From Candidatus Brocadiia bacterium (GTDB lineage Bacteria; Planctomycetota; Brocadiia; SM23-32): a DNA stretch of 64,000 nucleotides. This document shows positions 1-9,000 of this stretch, in pieces. Location of the stretch: positions 1-64,000 of the forward strand of contig JBKHIT010000007.1 of NCBI GenBank assembly GCA_046538485.1, written 5' to 3'. The position numbers were made by a program, and so were the translations under genes. A model generated the notes under the pieces. The model saw only the letters and a program-made list of their open reading frames with translations. It did no database searches and was not told the origin of the DNA. Each line of letters begins with the position of its first letter. Position 1 is the stretch's first letter.

Positions 1-395
1 TAAAAAGAACCGTGTACCGTAGAACAAAGTGTCAACTTAAAGCTAGGACTTGACAGTCGGACGCGGCCCGACGGGCCGATTGAGAGAGTAGCCCCGAGAT
101 GTTGGAGTTTTCATTTATCGTCCTCAGCCGCCCCTTCGGGACGGGTATTTGTTGGTGACCTGCCATCCCCCGACTCCCGCTGGTCGCCGGGGGCTACGCA
201 CTCAGAAGCCCCTTTCAGGGGCTATTTCTCTCGGGCCGGATGACTTTCGCGGGCAATTTAGCGCTCCGAAGGAGTGCTTGAGAGCATAGCCCCGTGCGAA
301 GGCGGCGAGAGCCGCCGGAGTTCGGGGTTTTTGGTGTGAACAAATAAAACGCGGCCCGACGGGGCGCTTGAGCATGAACTTAGAGAAAGGATCAG

Positions 396-839
396 ATGAG
401 TCATACGAAGCTTATTTATCATTGCACATTCAGTACGAAGGGCCGGGTAGCATCTCTCTATGATGATATGCGATCGCGTCTCCATTCCTATATGGCGGGA
501 ATCATAAATAATGATTTCGGAATAGCTCGGGAGGTGAACGGGATTGATGATCACGTTCATATTTTGTGCGACATCAGGCCCGCCCACGCTATCTCGGATG
601 TGATGTCGAAGCTCAAGTCGCAGTCATCAGGATGGATGCATGAGGAGTTTCCGAATCTGAGTGATGTATGCTGGCAGGAGGGATATTCGGCGTTTTCCGT
701 GAGCAGATCCGTGGTGCCGAAGGTAAAGGAATACATTGAGAATCAGGAGAAGCATCATAAAGGGATGTCCTTCGTGGATGAGTTGCGGAAGTTGCTTGAC
801 AGGCACGATATCGAATATGATCCAGAATATTTGGTATGA
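396..839 (+). CDS. tnpA: HUH/Y1 tyrosine transposase, IS200/IS605 TnpA / REP-associated (RAYT) family
   Basis: 147 aa; YHCTFSTK, HUH motif DHVHIL, KLKSQSSGW, WQEGYSAFSVS, catalytic Y in EYIENQ; RBS gaaagga. Confidence 0.92.
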   Translation: MSHTKLIYHCTFSTKGRVASLYDDMRSRLHSYMAGIINNDFGIAREVNGIDDHVHILCDIRPAHAISDVMSKLKSQSSGWMHEEFPNLSDVCWQEGYSAFSVSRSVVPKVKEYIENQEKHHKGMSFVDELRKLLDRHDIEYDPEYLV

Positions 840-1740
840 ACGGTCGGTTTGGGTTCTCTCAGCCGCCCCGTCGGGGCGGGGACTTATTGGCGACTTGCTA
901 CCCCCGACTCCCGTTGGTCGCCGGGGGCTACGCACTCACACGCCCCTTTCAGGGGCTATTAACGGCGCGAAGTAGGGCTTTGTTGAGGTTGCCCCCAGCC
1001 CGAAGGAACGGTGTGAGGGCGACTTACGGCGATCCGTCGAATCGTTTTCCCTCCGGCCCGAAGGGCCCATTGAGAGAATAGCCCCGTGCGGAGGCGGCGA
1101 AAGCCGCCGGAGTTCGGGGTTCATGGTGGCGCGAAAAACGCGTCCCGACGGGGCGCTTGAGAGGGAACCGTGGATCGAATCACCAATTTAGATTTCCCCG
1201 GCCTCAGCCGCCCCGTCGGGGCGGGGACTTATTGGCGACTTGCCATCCCCCGGCTCCCGCTGGTCGCCGGGGGCTACGCACTCAGTGCCCCCTGCGGGGG
1301 CTTTTACCTCCGAGTGGCGAGTTTCTATGAGGGTTGATAAGCACTCCAGAGGAGTGCCTGAGAGAGTAGCCCCGTGCGTAGGCGGCGAGAGCCGCCGGAG
1401 TTCGGGGGTTTTGGTGTGAACGAAAAAAACGCGTCCCGAAGGGGCGCCTGAGTGAAAACTGGCACCATAAATGGTAGTTTGATGTTCCCCGTGCTCAACC
1501 GCCCCGTCGGGGCGGGGATGTGCTGGCAACGTACTAATCCCCCGACTCCCGTTGGTCGCCGGGGGCTATGCTCTCAGGTGCCCCTTTCAGTGGCTGTTCA
1601 ACGCTTCGAGGGAGCGGACAGTTTCCGCGCGCTCACCCGCGGCGGGATCACCCGATCACCCGGGGCGATACTCTGAGTGCCCCCTTCGGGGCCGAGCGTC
1701 CAGAAAACTTCGACAGTACAAACACGAAGGAGCAAAACAG

Positions 1741-2184
1741 ATGAGTCATACGAAGCTTATTTATCACTGCACATTCAGCACGGAAGGGCGGGTGGCGGCT
1801 CTCTATGATGATATGCGCCCGAGACTTCATTCCTATATCGCAGGTATGATCAACAACGATTTTGGTATAGCGCGTGAGGTGAACGGAATCGATGATCATG
1901 TGCATATTCTGTGCGACATCAGGCCTAATCATTCTGTATCGGATGTGATGTCGAAGCTCAAATCGCAGTCATCAGGATGGATACATCAGGAGTTTGCAAA
2001 TCTGAGCGATGTTTTTTGGCAGGAGGGGTATTCAGCCTTTTCTGTCAGTAAGTCTGTTGCTCCGAAGGTCAAGGAATATATCCAGCGTCAGGAAGAGCAT
2101 CATCGAAGGAGGTCTTTTGTTGATGAGTTGCGGGTGTTGCTGGAAAAACACGACATAGAATATGATCCAGAATATTTGGTGTGA
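1741..2184 (+). CDS. tnpA: Second HUH/Y1 tyrosine transposase (RAYT-like), paralog of 396-839
   Basis: ATG at 1741 after RBS aaggag (ORF track start 1552 runs into repeats); 147 aa, 23 substitutions vs copy 1 by manual alignment; HUH and catalytic Tyr intact. Confidence 0.92.
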   Translation: MSHTKLIYHCTFSTEGRVAALYDDMRPRLHSYIAGMINNDFGIAREVNGIDDHVHILCDIRPNHSVSDVMSKLKSQSSGWIHQEFANLSDVFWQEGYSAFSVSKSVAPKVKEYIQRQEEHHRRRSFVDELRVLLEKHDIEYDPEYLV

Positions 2185-2778
2185 CGGTTCGTTTCGTCCA
2201 GGGGCTCGTTTGCGCTCCGACGGAGCGTCTCAGAGTGTAGCCCCGTGCGGAGGCGGCGTCAGCCGCCGAAGTTCGGGGATCAAAGGAGCGAACAAAAAAG
2301 GTGCGTCCCGAAGGGGCGCTTGAGAGGGAACCGGCGCATCAAACCATCACTGTAGGCTCCCTGAGCTGAACCGCCCCGTCGGGGCGGGGATTTGGGTGCG
2401 ATCTGCCAACCCCCGACTCCCGTTGGTCGCCGGGGGCTATGCTCTCAGGTGCCCCTTTCAGGGGCTGGTTGACGCTCCGACGGAGCGTCTCAGAGTGTAG
2501 GCCCGTGCGCAGGCGGCGACAGCCGCCGAAGTTCGGGTCGAGGATGTGGAAAAACTGAATGCGTCCCGAAGGGGCGCTTGAGAGAATCTCGTAGAGCAAA
2601 TGATATTTTTGCGTTTTCCGCACTCAGCCGGCCCGGTGCGGGCCGTAGCAGTGCGCGTCTATCGGCTCAGGGGTTGTGGCAGGGCTCCTGGAGTTGTCCA
2701 ATTCCTGAGTTTTTCTTACAATGTTTTACCCCCAATATAGAAATGCATGGGCGATTTTGTTTTCAAGGAGAATACCTG

Positions 2779-3759
2779 GTGAGCCAGCAAAAGACTGCAT
2801 TGGTGACGGGTGCCGGTGGCTTTATCGGCAGCCATCTTGTGAACTATCTGGCTGACAAAGGATACCGGGTTTGCGGAGTGGATACCAAAAAGTCGGAGTT
2901 CATGGAAGTGAATGCCGACGAGTTTCTGCTCCGGGATCTTCGGGAATGGGACGATTGTCTTGAGGTGTCCCGAAATGTCGACGAAGTCTATACGCTGGCG
3001 GCTAATATGGGTGGGATCGGTTTTATTGAAAGTGTCCATGCACCCATCCTGCATGACAATGTTCTTATTAACACGCACATGATCGAGGCCGCTCGGCGTA
3101 ACGGTGTTGAAACGTATTTCTATGCGTCATCGGCCTGCGTTTACCCAACATTCATGCAGGAGGACTCAGATGTCCCCGGCCTGAAAGAAGATGATGCATA
3201 CCCGGCTGATCCCGATAACGAGTACGGATGGGAAAAACTTTTCACCGAACGAGTCTGTCTTTCCTATGCTCGCGACTACGGAATGACGACGCGGATTGCT
3301 CGGTTTCATAACATCTACGGCCCACAGGGGACCTGGCGAGGGGGAAGAGAAAAGGCTCCGGCGGCCCTGTGCCGTAAAGTCGCTGAAACTCCGACCGGAG
3401 GCGAAATAGAAATCTGGGGGGATGGCGAACAAACCCGCTCTTTCTGCTATATCGACGATTGTCTCAAGGGTATCTACCGGCTGATGCATTCCGATTGCGC
3501 AGAGCCACTGAATATCGGGTCGGATGAACTGATCAAGATCAACGATCTGGTGGATCTCATCGCAGATATAGCGGGCAAGAGACTGGAAAAGAAACATTTG
3601 CTCGATAAGCCGCAGGGGGTCAGGGGCCGCAATTCAAACAATGATAAGATTAAAGAAGTTCTTGATTGGGCACCGTCCACATCACTGCGAGAGGGGTTTG
3701 AGAAGACCTACAGGTGGATTGAGAAGGAAGTGAAAAGAACCAGAGGTGAGGACGATTGA
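2779..3759 (+). CDS. NAD-dependent epimerase, GDP-mannose 3,5-epimerase-like
   Basis: GTG after aaggag; TGAGGFIG, ASSACVYP, YGWEK, RFHNIYGP, GREKAPAALCRK. Confidence 0.9.
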   Translation: MSQQKTALVTGAGGFIGSHLVNYLADKGYRVCGVDTKKSEFMEVNADEFLLRDLREWDDCLEVSRNVDEVYTLAANMGGIGFIESVHAPILHDNVLINTHMIEAARRNGVETYFYASSACVYPTFMQEDSDVPGLKEDDAYPADPDNEYGWEKLFTERVCLSYARDYGMTTRIARFHNIYGPQGTWRGGREKAPAALCRKVAETPTGGEIEIWGDGEQTRSFCYIDDCLKGIYRLMHSDCAEPLNIGSDELIKINDLVDLIADIAGKRLEKKHLLDKPQGVRGRNSNNDKIKEVLDWAPSTSLREGFEKTYRWIEKEVKRTRGEDD

Positions 3760-4017
3760 AGAAGGGCAAAATCGCTTGGAAGTAAATGGCATTGAAGGAC
3801 GAGACACGATGAGCGAAGAAGAACGTTGCATTTGTGACATGGGGAATTAAAGCAGAAGGCAAGCGGGAGATCTACCCAGGGCAGGGGACAAAGAACGGCG
3901 ATGGCAGAGGAAGAAAAACGAGGGACAGAACAAGAGCCATTCTGATTAAAGGGGCGACATCCTCTTTGGGCTACCACCAGCTTGACTTTTCTTGCACAGA
4001 AAGTTTACCATTCGTAA

Positions 4018-4290
4018 CTAGTGGTCCGTTCCATTTGATTTTGGTGGTTCAGAGCAATTCTGCCGGGTCAGTTCGAGGCGCGGCGCCAAAGGTGACCCGG
4101 ACGGGTCCCTGCGAAGCCGCAACGAAGAAATGACCCGGCAGAATTGCTCCCTACGGGCCGGACGGCGGCGGCCCATCTGCGGCGTTGCAGTTCGGCGTGG
4201 ACCCACTTGGGTCGAACTTCTCACTGCACCTTGCATCTGAACCACCGACGACCGGCTGAACCCACAAAATCAAATGGAACGGACCACTAG
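4018..4290. mobile_element. MITE-like non-autonomous element
   Basis: 35-bp terminal inverted repeats (4018-4052 / 4256-4290, first 26 bp perfect) with CTAG at both ends; internal 19-bp inverted repeat 4052-4070 / 4131-4149; no transposase. Confidence 0.8.
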
Positions 4291-4317
4291 ATATTTTATC
4301 CGGGGTAAATACAGGGA

Positions 4318-5733
4318 GTGATGAAGAGAGCTCTACACTCAGCAAAAACTGCCAACGCTTTTGCCGATTTGTTTTCGCTTGTCATCGCGTGGGTCGCTGG
4401 ATATGGGGTACGCTTTCACGCTACCAAACTGCTGGCGGGAAGCTGGGAGGGATTCAGCTTGTTCCGCTTTTGCAAGCATATGAAACTGTTACCCATCGTC
4501 CTTATTGTCTACATGGTGGCCTACGGACTGTGTGGTCTGTACCGTTGGAACCGCACGACGCTGTCGATCATGAGGTTCATACGGCTGCTGGAAGCTTCCT
4601 GTGTCGCCTGGCTCGCCATGGTTGCAGCTCTCTATTATTATAGCCGCTATACTTTCAGTCGCGGTATGTTGCTAGCTTTTCTGGTGATCTGCCCTTTTAC
4701 CGTCTTTTTGAGCCGGGAATTGGTCGACTATCTGCTAAAGAGTATCTATCAAAAAGATAAATGGATCAGAAAAATCGCCATACTCGGCACTGGCCGTCTC
4801 GCACGGCGTATACTGAATACAGTCCAGCAGGAAATATCCTCTCCCTGTAAAGTCGAATATCTTCTCACTCTCGATCCAGAAGAATTGTCCGAAACACTCC
4901 TCGGGAAACCCATAAAAGGGTGGGTAGGGGATGTGGAAAAGTGCCTGGAAGAGAACTCCGTGGACGTAGTGCTCGTAGCATTGTCCGCCGAAAATATGCA
5001 AAGGCTCGGAGAATTCCTGAACGAACTCGGGAAACTGCCAGTCCAGGTGGGATTTGTGCCCGATGTCAGCGGAATCTTGACCGTGGACCTGGAGGTAATA
5101 GAGCTCGATTCTCTGCCCATTATCCAGATTTATGGGCGGCCAGTCACGGGACTCAGCGCTTTTGTGAAAAGAAGCCTGGATTTGGTTGGAGCCACCTCTA
5201 TGCTACTCGTTATGGGGTTCCCGATGGTGCTGGTTGCGCTAATCATTAAGTTAACCAGCAAGGGGCCAATTATTTACCGGCAGAAACGCATGGGACTGGG
5301 AGGTGACGTTTTTAAAATGCACAAATTCCGTACAATGCACCCGGACGTCGAAGCCGACTCGGGACCTATCTTCGCCAGCGAGAAAGATGCCCGTCGAACG
5401 CGTTTCGGTTCTTTTTTGCGTCGATTCAGCATCGATGAGCTTCCCCAGTTGTTCAACGTCATCAAAGGGGACATGAGCCTCGTGGGGCCACGACCCGAAA
5501 GACCGCACTTTGTGCGGCGCTTCTCCCGCGCTCTTCCCAGCTACATGCTGCGGCACAAAGTAAAAGCCGGGATTACAGGTTGGGCGCAGATTCACGGTCT
5601 CCGTGGAAAGACCTCAATCCAGAAACGGCTCGAATACGATTTGCACTATATTAATCACTGGTCTTTTACTCTGGATTTTCTCATCCTGCTGGTGACGCCC
5701 CTCGCCGTTTTATTCCACAAACATGCCTACTGA
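4318..5733 (+). CDS. Undecaprenyl-phosphate glucose phosphotransferase (WcaJ-like priming glycosyltransferase)
   Basis: N-terminal TM helices; KRSLD, KFRTM, SIDELPQLFNVIKGDMSLVGPRPE, GITGWAQ, DLHYI. Confidence 0.92.
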   Translation: MMKRALHSAKTANAFADLFSLVIAWVAGYGVRFHATKLLAGSWEGFSLFRFCKHMKLLPIVLIVYMVAYGLCGLYRWNRTTLSIMRFIRLLEASCVAWLAMVAALYYYSRYTFSRGMLLAFLVICPFTVFLSRELVDYLLKSIYQKDKWIRKIAILGTGRLARRILNTVQQEISSPCKVEYLLTLDPEELSETLLGKPIKGWVGDVEKCLEENSVDVVLVALSAENMQRLGEFLNELGKLPVQVGFVPDVSGILTVDLEVIELDSLPIIQIYGRPVTGLSAFVKRSLDLVGATSMLLVMGFPMVLVALIIKLTSKGPIIYRQKRMGLGGDVFKMHKFRTMHPDVEADSGPIFASEKDARRTRFGSFLRRFSIDELPQLFNVIKGDMSLVGPRPERPHFVRRFSRALPSYMLRHKVKAGITGWAQIHGLRGKTSIQKRLEYDLHYINHWSFTLDFLILLVTPLAVLFHKHAY

Positions 5734-5763
5734 TCTCCGGGACCGGAAGGTTTCGCTGTTTGG

Positions 5764-7383
5764 CTATCTTTTGTTTTCTTGCTCTTTTTCAGGACTGCCA
5801 TTTTGCGCAATGACTCTTAGCAACTGCACCTGTTGCGTGCCCCCGACATCGATTGGCTCAAGCGTGAGTCCACTTTCCGCCGATAGTTTTTTAAGAGCCG
5901 CTGTGCTTTCGGGCTTGGTCTGGTCTTTTATGAGGAAATCAACTCCCTGCAACCACCCGGCGATCTTTTCTTCTGTCCAGCCACGGGTATTGTGGTTTAG
6001 ATGTTCGGTTCTTTGGCGCGTAAAATAGTGTGTGGGGGCGGATTCGTAAGCGCCTACAACAGTTTTCCCGCGATGTCCGTTTTGCCGCAGCCAGGCGAAG
6101 ACGGGCTTGTAGCTTGCCAGTTTCCCGCGTTCTATTTCCGAATAGAACTTGCCCCGTTCTTCCAGTATCACGTCCCCGACACGAACCAGATTTGACAGAA
6201 GCACGAGACCAACGCAGATATACCCCAGTCTTTTCACACGTTTTGCTGTCCAAAAATCCCATTTCCTCTGCAGCCATCTGCCAATCGCGGGTAGCCCCAG
6301 AGCCAGCCAGTAAAACATCACCGGGGTTGCAGGCAAAAGGTATCGCCGATTGAGCTTCCAGCGACCTGCAATTATGACCCCGCAGAGTATCAGGGCGAAA
6401 AAACTGAGTTGCCGTTCCCCTCGTTTCAAGGATCGGATTAAGCCCACGAGCATAACGATCGCCAGAATGATTCCAACGATTGTCCCCAATTCAGTTCCCA
6501 TCAAAGTGTCAGACAGACCCGCAAAATGCGCCGGGAGTTTCGCGAAAAAAGTTTTGATGAACCAGCCGAGCGGGTTCTGAGCAAATTTCCCGCGAAAATA
6601 GTGCTTCCCCGCGCCACTTTGGCTCACTAAAGAGTGGGTCCAGAGCGAATACAATTTGAGCGAAATCCCGGGAAGAATCCATAGAATTGCTGTTTGCCCC
6701 GCGCGCTTTTTCCATTTCTTAAGCGCTTCCCGTCGTAACCAGAGTCCGGCAGTCAGTGCTACGAGCAAAAAAGGACCAACAGGCTTTATGCTCATGGCAG
6801 CGATGATCATAACTGTGGCTCCAACACATGCCGCCCACGATTTCCAGCCTTCCCGGCGCAACATGAAAAGCCCCAGCAGCAACGTCGCAAGACTAAAAAA
6901 AGTGAAAGGGACGTCGCTCATGATATGAATCGAATAATAATAAAGTGTGCGCGAAAAACAGAAAAACAAAAACGCGATTGCGAAGACGGTGGGTGGAGCA
7001 TTGAGTTCCCTCAGAATCAGATAGAATAAACCTATGCAGCCCAAACCGAAAATCGTTATAAGGATGTTGTAAGCCGAAAAACTGTCAGAGAGTTGATCGG
7101 GTACACCAAAGATATGACCTGTTCCAGCCAAAAAAACCGGAAGTCCCGGAGTATATTTGGTATGTGGCTCGTAATTGAAAGCATAGCTTTGATCTTCTAC
7201 CACTGACCGGGCTAATCCCATATAGACGGCGCTGTCCCGTTGAAACCGCCATTTGTCGTTCACACCAAATGCATACAGAATTGTTACACCCAGTGCAATA
7301 AGCAGAAGTCTTTTTCGACTTGCAATGAAATGGAGGCCGTCTATGGCCTCTTGTGTTGTATGTTCAGTTTCAGGTGCGGACAT
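5764..7383 (-). CDS. Multi-TM GT-C fold glycosyltransferase (ArnT/PMT-like)
   Basis: DSAVYMGLARS after first TM, YTPGLP, IMSDVPF, RYLLP; many hydrophobic segments. Confidence 0.7.
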   Translation of the reverse strand: MSAPETEHTTQEAIDGLHFIASRKRLLLIALGVTILYAFGVNDKWRFQRDSAVYMGLARSVVEDQSYAFNYEPHTKYTPGLPVFLAGTGHIFGVPDQLSDSFSAYNILITIFGLGCIGLFYLILRELNAPPTVFAIAFLFFCFSRTLYYYSIHIMSDVPFTFFSLATLLLGLFMLRREGWKSWAACVGATVMIIAAMSIKPVGPFLLVALTAGLWLRREALKKWKKRAGQTAILWILPGISLKLYSLWTHSLVSQSGAGKHYFRGKFAQNPLGWFIKTFFAKLPAHFAGLSDTLMGTELGTIVGIILAIVMLVGLIRSLKRGERQLSFFALILCGVIIAGRWKLNRRYLLPATPVMFYWLALGLPAIGRWLQRKWDFWTAKRVKRLGYICVGLVLLSNLVRVGDVILEERGKFYSEIERGKLASYKPVFAWLRQNGHRGKTVVGAYESAPTHYFTRQRTEHLNHNTRGWTEEKIAGWLQGVDFLIKDQTKPESTAALKKLSAESGLTLEPIDVGGTQQVQLLRVIAQNGSPEKEQENKR

Positions 7384-7696
7384 TATTCGCGAGAATTACC
7401 CCAAACTTAGTTGTCGTAACCAGTACATATTCTCCAAATTTTTGGGGCCAAAACAAGAAACACGTGATATGAAGAATTTGCGCTGCAGGTCTTTTGAAGC
7501 TTTGGCGAAGAGCAATTTGCAAAAGACCATCCTCGGTTCCCGAACACGGCCCAACGTAGATTCGTCAATGTATTATAGTAACAGTGGAACAAACGATACA
7601 AATTGATTCGATATCCAGCCGGGTTTATACTTACTTTACAATTGTTGAGTCTGTGGCGTTTCAAGCAGCGGGGGGCCAGTTTCAAAAAGGAATTCC

Positions 7697-8923
7697 ATGA
7701 AAAAATTTACCTGTTTGTTGGCTCTCTTGATTATTGGTGGCGAGGGTTTGCTGTTTGGCGGCACTGCTGCCGACGAAAAAATTACCATGGCTTTTGAGTC
7801 AAATCCCCTGGAAGCGGGGTGGATCGGCGTTCGTAAACATTACCGACCGTTCGATGGTGAAGTGGTCCAGGATTTACAGAACCACAAAAATCACTTCCTT
7901 GCAATAAGGCGGGGTAGTTTGGAAAGTCCTGTATTGCGCTGTGCCGAAGGGCAAATCTACAAACTGACCTGCCGAACGCAAACCCGAAATCCGGGATTCT
8001 GGCGGGTTTTTTTCTATAAAAAAACTGGCGAGGAAATACAGGCAGATAATTACTCTCGCTTATACGCTCATAAAAAACAATGGCAGAAACAAACGTTCTT
8101 TTTCGAGGGACGACACGCCGCAGATTTCATGAAACTGGGGTTCGATAAACTGGGAGGACGCCAGCTGAACCTGGACGATATCGTTCTGCGGCCGGCCACA
8201 AATGCGGAAGCGCTCAAATGGATGGACAGTTTGAGCGCGGGGTTACCACCTGTTCAGTATGAGCCCTCGCCCGACCGCTGGAAGTATTTGGGCCACACAG
8301 TCCGTAAACTCGTTGGCCACCAGAAAATGCGAATTGTGATACTCGGTGATAGCATCGCCAATGACACAGCAAATTCACTTTTTCACCTTGAAGTTGAGCG
8401 TCTTTACCCCGGTTGCGATATTACTTTGGTTCGATCAGTACGCAGTGGAACGGGCTGCCGGTATTATCGACGCAATAATCACGTAGAAGAATATGTTCTG
8501 CGATACCGACCAGATCTACTTATGATTGCCGGTATAAGCAACGGCAATGATCCCCGAGCTGTGCGGGATGTGATACGGAAGACGCGCAAGCAACAGACGC
8601 CCGACATCCTGGTGTTGAGTGGCGCGGTGACACCTTTCGCACCGCGGGAGTACTATGAAAACGGGGAGCGAATTTTCATAAGCGCGAAAGAAAGAAAACG
8701 TCAGAACGAAAAGTTTCGCGAAGAACTGAGAGAAATGTGCGCGAAGGAGAAGGTAGCGTTTCTGGACATGAGGGCGATTTGGGAGGATTATCTCGCTTCG
8801 AGTCCGAAACCGCGTGGGTGGTACCAACGTGACCCGGTACACAGCAACTCGCGCGGCAAACGCGTGCTGGGGGAAATTCTTGTCAGATATTTCAGTAATG
8901 CCGAATTACCTCAAGCGCCTTGA
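7697..8923 (+). CDS. Secreted SGNH/GDSL hydrolase with N-terminal carbohydrate-binding-like domain
   Basis: Signal peptide; ILGDSI block I, DPVH (DxxH) block V. Confidence 0.75.
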   Translation: MKKFTCLLALLIIGGEGLLFGGTAADEKITMAFESNPLEAGWIGVRKHYRPFDGEVVQDLQNHKNHFLAIRRGSLESPVLRCAEGQIYKLTCRTQTRNPGFWRVFFYKKTGEEIQADNYSRLYAHKKQWQKQTFFFEGRHAADFMKLGFDKLGGRQLNLDDIVLRPATNAEALKWMDSLSAGLPPVQYEPSPDRWKYLGHTVRKLVGHQKMRIVILGDSIANDTANSLFHLEVERLYPGCDITLVRSVRSGTGCRYYRRNNHVEEYVLRYRPDLLMIAGISNGNDPRAVRDVIRKTRKQQTPDILVLSGAVTPFAPREYYENGERIFISAKERKRQNEKFREELREMCAKEKVAFLDMRAIWEDYLASSPKPRGWYQRDPVHSNSRGKRVLGEILVRYFSNAELPQAP

Positions 8924-9000
8924 TGACGGTTGCCTGTCCATTGAAATATGCGGGATAGCTGGCAGCCAATTGGTGATAACGCCTGCTCATTCAGGCAGAA

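Larger units (their letters stand above)
61..2645. repeat. REP/BIME-like array of alternating inverted composite palindromic units around two Y1 nuclease genes
   Basis: Unit A (ctcagccgccccgtcggggcgg..cccccgactcccgttggtcgccgggggctacgcactca..gcccctttcaggggct) at 123-223, 858-957, 1203-1302, 1494-1595, 2366-2466, partial 2623-2645. Unit B (hairpin-tgagag..tagccccgtgcg..ggcggcg..gccgccg.agttcgggg..gcgtcccgaaggggcgcttgag) at 261-372, 1055-1161, 1341-1452, 2213-2324, 2471-2582, partial 61-84. B resembles a diverged reverse complement of A. Confidence 0.95.

Noticed and set aside
396..2184. IS605-type element with tnpB / omega RNA
   Set aside because: No RuvC-like ORF next to either tnpA
627..2623. 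Small ORFs across the repeat array (e.g. 1188-1529, 2339-2623) and N-terminal extensions from 1552 and 2578
   Set aside because: Translations of GC-rich repeats; better RBS-supported starts at 1741 and 2779
61..2645. CRISPR array
   Set aside because: Repeats are ~100 bp, alternate in orientation and are degenerate; spacers are partly homologous to each other; no cas genes
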